From a virus, in the IMG/VR virus record IMGVR_UViG_3300025030_000051, positions 48,829-112,828 of that record: a DNA stretch of 64,000 bases. The stretch is one strand, 5' to 3'. Within the stretch, counting starts at the first letter, position 1. Each line of letters begins with the position of its first letter. The notes beneath the pieces were generated by a model, which saw only the letters and a program-made list of their open reading frames with translations, searched no databases and was not told the DNA's origin. Shown here piece by piece: positions 59,693-64,000 of this stretch. The translations under genes and the position numbers were made by a program.

Positions 59693-59755
59693 CTATGTTT
59701 TTTTAATATATTATGTTTATTTTTCTCTATAATCTTTTAATTTTATCATTTTTAA

Positions 59756-60043
59756 TCAAAATCGATCTATATAAAAGTCTTCTTTTTTTGCATTTAAATC
59801 TTTTAAAAATTGTTTTCCTTCTGGAGTATCTAATCTTTGGTTATAATGATCTATAACATCTTTTAATCTTTTTGAAATGTCTGCAATCTCTTTTCTTTTT
59901 TCTGGTTCTATTAAACTATCTATTTGTCTCATCTTTGGAGACATTATTTTTACAATAATACTAGTAATTAAATCTGATATAAATCCTTCTTTGATTATTT
60001 TATTATCTTTTACAAGACTTTTTAGCTGTAGTTGTTTTTTCAT
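59756..60043 (-). CDS. Hypothetical, possibly virion-internal protein
   Basis: LKSLV..IIKEG motif; structural region. Confidence 0.45.
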   Translation of the reverse strand: MKKQLQLKSLVKDNKIIKEGFISDLITSIIVKIMSPKMRQIDSLIEPEKRKEIADISKRLKDVIDHYNQRLDTPEGKQFLKDLNAKKEDFYIDRF

Positions 60044-60112
60044 TAAAATTCCTAAAATGTGGTTAGTACTTACTGCATATTAAAGCATTTTTTCATTATT
60101 TGTTGGCCATTT

Positions 60113-61279
60113 TTATTTTTTAATTAAATCTTTAAGATTTATTTTTTCTTTATTCTTATTATTTATATATTTTTTTAATATAAACATTGAATCAGAATCT
60201 TTCGATAAATCAAATACACCATGAAATGAAAATCCATAATTTTTCCAATATTCTCGCCCTTTTTCAAATGTCATCAATTCTGATAATGATTTTACAGATT
60301 TTATATCAGAATCTTTTGATTTTTCGATTAATTTATTAAACATCTTATCATCTAAATTATATCCTAATCTAGCCCATGTATAATATCCATTAAAGGGAAA
60401 AGGACTCCATTTTTTATTTCCTGAATAACTTTCTAATTTACCAATTCCAGCTGCATTGGTTTCTAATTTTTTTATATTCATTTTTTTAAAATTATTGACT
60501 TGATTAAAAAACATATTAGATCCTGTGCCTTTGGGAGCTTCCGGTGAAATTCTAAAATAATCCATATGCACTAATTTTTTATTAGGATAAATAGTCCTTG
60601 TACAATATCCATCATTAGTTATTGCCTCTAATTGAATTTCATCTGTTTTTTGTTTTTCTTTTTTTACTGTTGAACGTTTTGTCGTATGATTCCATATGTA
60701 CACTTCTATGGGATCTCCCTTTTTAATAAGCTTAGTGTTTATATTTAATATTTGTCCATCTCCCAATAAATTCTGTAATTCATTTTCAGATTTAAAATTA
60801 AAAATACCTATGGATTTTTTTTTGTTTGATTCTATATCACTTCCAAATTTCTTATCAGCTTCTTCAATTAAATGTAAATATGCAGAATACGCTTCATAAT
60901 TTTCGTCACCTTTTTCATATAAATCTATATATTTTTCTCTTAATTTATTAATTACAACATCTGCAGGTTTTTTAAATTCTGGAAATGTTCCATGTTTTAT
61001 TGTTTTATTTTTTTTTAATAATGCTTTTGCTAATTGATATACTTGTGTTGATTGATTATAAGTTAAGGCACTAGCAACTTTAATTTTTCTATTAGTTGCT
61101 TTATTTAATATTTTAGTATTTAAAATATCCTTTGTTGATGCCTCATGTACAAGTTCTCTCAATTTAATTCTAGACTTTTTTCTTGAATTAAATTCTTTTC
61201 TTATATCTTGTTTATCATTTAGAAATTCATCAATATAAATTTCTTCATTATGTTTTTTATTTTTTTTTATGGGTTTCAT
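60113..61279 (-). CDS. Putative virion-associated protein with a GNAT-like C-terminal domain
   Basis: FRISPEAPKGTGS (acetyl-CoA loop-like), NGYYTWARLGY. Confidence 0.45.
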   Translation of the reverse strand: MKPIKKNKKHNEEIYIDEFLNDKQDIRKEFNSRKKSRIKLRELVHEASTKDILNTKILNKATNRKIKVASALTYNQSTQVYQLAKALLKKNKTIKHGTFPEFKKPADVVINKLREKYIDLYEKGDENYEAYSAYLHLIEEADKKFGSDIESNKKKSIGIFNFKSENELQNLLGDGQILNINTKLIKKGDPIEVYIWNHTTKRSTVKKEKQKTDEIQLEAITNDGYCTRTIYPNKKLVHMDYFRISPEAPKGTGSNMFFNQVNNFKKMNIKKLETNAAGIGKLESYSGNKKWSPFPFNGYYTWARLGYNLDDKMFNKLIEKSKDSDIKSVKSLSELMTFEKGREYWKNYGFSFHGVFDLSKDSDSMFILKKYINNKNKEKINLKDLIKK

Positions 61280-61339
61280 TAAATAAAATGAACAAAAATT
61301 AAATTTTTGTTTATATATAAATATTAAAATTTGTTAAAT

Positions 61340-61564
61340 TTATCTTTTTCTTAATGGAATTTTGGGAATTTTAGATAAGTTTTTAGGAATAGATTTAGTT
61401 TTTTTGTTTTCGTCTTCTTTAATTTTAGCTAGATAATTAAGATAGAATCTTCTTCTGACAGAAGGCATGCTATATGCTTCGTCGTGTGTTATCGCACCAT
61501 TAGAATAGTATATTAAATCGAAGATTTCAGCCCAAAGTTTAGGTTTATAATCTTCCGGTAGGCC
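61340..61564 (-). CDS. Frameshift extension of the tail assembly chaperone (GT-like)
   Basis: 74 open codons (GLPEDYKPKLWAEIFDLIYY..YSMPSVRRRFYL) with no upstream start, entered through the T7 run at 61565-61571. Confidence 0.65.
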   Translation of the reverse strand, partial: GLPEDYKPKLWAEIFDLIYYSNGAITHDEAYSMPSVRRRFYLNYLAKIKEDENKKTKSIPKNLSKIPKIPLRKR

Positions 61565-62327
61565 AAAAAAAGTTAATGTCCATCGGGAGAGATATCAATT
61601 GCTCATGTCCGCAAGAGTCACACAAAAAACCAACATCAGTGTTTATGCCCGGTGTTATATCTATCAGATGATCCCTAAAAGCCTTAGAGTCTCTCGTTGA
61701 CATCTCATCAGAAACTAACCTAAATATCTTTTGCTGACTTGTTTCGTTGTTGTAACTAGTAATAACATAAGATAAACGTGTAGTTATTTCTTGATCTATA
61801 TCAGTCTTTAATCCCTTTTTAATTCTTTTTAATTGAAAATTTATATTAGTTTCGTCTTTATGAGTTAGAAATCTAAATTTAATATTAATTTTGTTGAACG
61901 GTAATGTAAAGTCAAATTCATTAATGCCCTTTGGATATTTTTCAAAGTCTAATTCCTTTGATTCTAAGTCAGATAAATCATAAGTTTTCTCACTTGATTC
62001 TCCACAATTTGGACATTTTACTTGAACCTTATATTCTTGTCCGTACAATAAAATTCTAGAAGCAATGAATAGACCATTTTTGTCACCCAATAACAAGTCG
62101 TCATAATTTATTTTATCTACGATAATTGATTTTAAAAATTCATCAATAACTATGCCTTTGTTAATAAGATTCTTTGAAGTAAGAATGTCTTCAGATTTGC
62201 CCGTCGGATATTTCATTCTAATTTGTCCTGAAGATAAGATACTATCTTCGGGATAAAAATGTCCATTTGATGGTAAAGTTATAACTTCCGAGTTATATTT
62301 TTCTTGTTGTATTTCTCTTTGTTCCAT
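61545..62327 (-). CDS. T4 gp26-like baseplate hub / tail assembly chaperone
   Basis: LPSNGHFY, EDIL, LLLGD, CPNC, CDSC, FFWP; between tube and tape measure. Confidence 0.8.
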   Translation of the reverse strand: MEQREIQQEKYNSEVITLPSNGHFYPEDSILSSGQIRMKYPTGKSEDILTSKNLINKGIVIDEFLKSIIVDKINYDDLLLGDKNGLFIASRILLYGQEYKVQVKCPNCGESSEKTYDLSDLESKELDFEKYPKGINEFDFTLPFNKINIKFRFLTHKDETNINFQLKRIKKGLKTDIDQEITTRLSYVITSYNNETSQQKIFRLVSDEMSTRDSKAFRDHLIDITPGINTDVGFLCDSCGHEQLISLPMDINFFWPTGRL

Positions 62328-62439
62328 AGTGACCTTTCTAATTTTTTGGTATGTTTTTAAATAACTAATCTCATCTTTGATAATGTTTCTTAATTTTGAT
62401 TTTTAATTCTTGAACTACATTGCTGATTAGGTTGCATTT

Positions 62440-63048
62440 TTATCTTGTACCAGGTTCATCACTAGATTCGAAGTTGTCAGCATATGACCAACTATTTGTA
62501 AACCCAAGAAAGTGAATACCAGTCTTAGTATAATTAAATACACTACTAGAATCTATAAACGTTTGTTTTAACATGCCATTTAAATGTCCGCCTATTTTAA
62601 CTACACTTCCAGTATTTACTGCACTTATTCTTATAGTATCTGGTGGTGTTAATGTAAAGTATACTGGTGCTGTTAAATTAATTATAGAACCATTTATTAC
62701 TTTAATTAAATTATATGAAGAGCTTGCAAATTGATTTTTAATCATGAAGCCATAACATGAAAAATTAGAACCAGAAATTGCTCTTATACATGTAGATATC
62801 GAAGAACTAGTTGAAGAACTAATTATAACAAACTGCGAATGATGGCTAGAAGAAAAATCAACTTCTGCTCTAATAAAACTATTTATATTATTACTATTTG
62901 ATCTAACAGAATTACTTTCAATCAAACAGTCACCATTTACCTCAGTCCACATCCATGAACCAGACTGTCCATTAAATGTTTTACCATCATTACTAGCATT
63001 TAAATTAGTATTATTATTTCTATTAAAGTTATCAGTTATTGTTGTCAT
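62440..63048 (-). CDS. Concanavalin/LamG-like beta-sandwich protein
   Basis: TDNFNR start, Ser/Asn-rich beta strands, DNFES end. Confidence 0.45.
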   Translation of the reverse strand: MTTITDNFNRNNNTNLNASNDGKTFNGQSGSWMWTEVNGDCLIESNSVRSNSNNINSFIRAEVDFSSSHHSQFVIISSSTSSSISTCIRAISGSNFSCYGFMIKNQFASSSYNLIKVINGSIINLTAPVYFTLTPPDTIRISAVNTGSVVKIGGHLNGMLKQTFIDSSSVFNYTKTGIHFLGFTNSWSYADNFESSDEPGTR

Positions 63049-63135
63049 TTTTACTCCTGTTTGTTTTGTTAATTGTTATTTTATTAAAAATTTATTTTTA
63101 TTTTAACCAATAGATAATTTTTTCATGTATTACTT

Positions 63136-63714
63136 TCAAATAGTTGAAGTATTTTCTTTTATATTTTTCCAATCTTTTGTATATCTTTTTATAAGTTTAT
63201 TTTTATCCTTATCAGAATCAACAGTTATCCCAGCATCCATAATTTTATATTCACCATTTATATCTTTTTCTATCCAGTGTCCTTTTGGCAATCTATATTT
63301 TTTAACTTGTACCATTTTTTTAGATGCACTGTGTTTAACAGGTCCACTACCTGGGCCACCTTCTTTTAATTCATTTAAAACTTTTTTTATTTCTTTTCTT
63401 ATTACTTGTCTCAATAATTTATCTTGTTGTTCATACATCGACAATCCTGCTCCTTTTAAATATAGATTTGATATGTATCTAGCTGCTGCCTGAAAATTTT
63501 TTCCCTTTGACTTTATTGTATTAATAACTTCTTTTTCCTTTTCTGGGCTTATTGAAACATGATCTTGCTTGATGCCGTTTTGAATAAAATCAATAATTTT
63601 ATTTGGGTCATAATCTTTAAATAACGGTGCATGACCAAAATTTTGCCATAATTTATCTTTTTGTTTTTGCAACCATGCTGAAAATGAATTATATTTAGTT
63701 AAATCTTGTGGCAT
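63136..63714 (-). CDS. Hypothetical, possibly virion-internal protein
   Basis: LRQVIRKEIKKVLNE motif. Confidence 0.45.
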   Translation of the reverse strand: MPQDLTKYNSFSAWLQKQKDKLWQNFGHAPLFKDYDPNKIIDFIQNGIKQDHVSISPEKEKEVINTIKSKGKNFQAAARYISNLYLKGAGLSMYEQQDKLLRQVIRKEIKKVLNELKEGGPGSGPVKHSASKKMVQVKKYRLPKGHWIEKDINGEYKIMDAGITVDSDKDKNKLIKRYTKDWKNIKENTSTI

Positions 63715-63730
63715 GAACTATACTCGAATG

Positions 63731-64000
63731 TTAAAAATTAAGTGTAGCGTAGTCATACGTCAGTTCAACTGTGAGGTCTACTGGATCCCCTGAGCTCCAA
63801 TCTAAATCACCACCTGTCACGTTGCTTATAAATGCACCCTTTAACGTCCATTCCTCAACGATGTCTCCGACTGGACCAAGCATGTTTAATATAACTTCTT
63901 TCTTATAGAAATCAGCATATCCTGCTCTACCAGTCAATGATTCGTAAGACAATCTTATCCATTCCATTACAGCTTGAGCTCCGCTTGGATTGATCGGCTG
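63731..64000 (-). CDS. Tail tube protein (gp19-like), 5' end outside the window
   Basis: PSGAQAVMEW, YKKE, LGPVGDIVEEWTLKGAF, LTYDYA. Confidence 0.9.
   Translation of the reverse strand, partial: QPINPSGAQAVMEWIRLSYESLTGRAGYADFYKKEVILNMLGPVGDIVEEWTLKGAFISNVTGGDLDWSSGDPVDLTVELTYDYATLNF

Noticed and set aside
549-63493. Plus-strand ORFs in the track
   Set aside because: All are antisense shadows of better minus-strand genes, with no recognisable motifs
1-64000. Genome-wide stop-codon reassignment
   Set aside because: Long genes are open in code 11, and TAG, TGA and TAA all end genes at sensible positions; the intein splits involve frame changes or an intervening out-of-frame gene
1-64000. 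tRNA or rRNA genes
   Set aside because: No GC-rich cloverleaf or rRNA-like segment seen by eye; a covariance search would be needed to be certain

Overview
A 64 kb, very AT-rich segment of a large tailed (myovirus-type, T4-superfamily-like) phage genome. Every gene I can support is on the minus strand and uses the standard code. In transcription order (right to left): (1) a tail/baseplate module (tail tube, tail-assembly chaperone with a probable programmed frameshift, tape measure, tube initiator, LysM/wedge protein, hub-lysozyme, beta-helix spike); (2) a replication/recombination module (divergent family A polymerase, SSB, RecA/UvsX, 5'-3' exonuclease, DnaB, class II RNR) in which RecA, DnaB and NrdJ are each fractured by a naturally split intein around a free-standing inserted gene; (3) accessory repair/counter-defence genes; (4) a probable cytosine DNA-hypermodification cluster around a DnaE polymerase; (5) a glycosyltransferase/sugar-nucleotide cluster. 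Best leads: an in-frame CUA-UAG-CUA at the foot of a 36-bp mRNA hairpin in a glycosyltransferase gene (candidate programmed ribosomal stop-hop); three co-resident split inteins with different split points (IntN 13, 52 and 100 aa) and different +1 nucleophiles (Thr, Ser, Cys); and a DNA-glycosylation pathway that may use a furanose sugar. All product calls come from motif recognition by eye; no searches were run.
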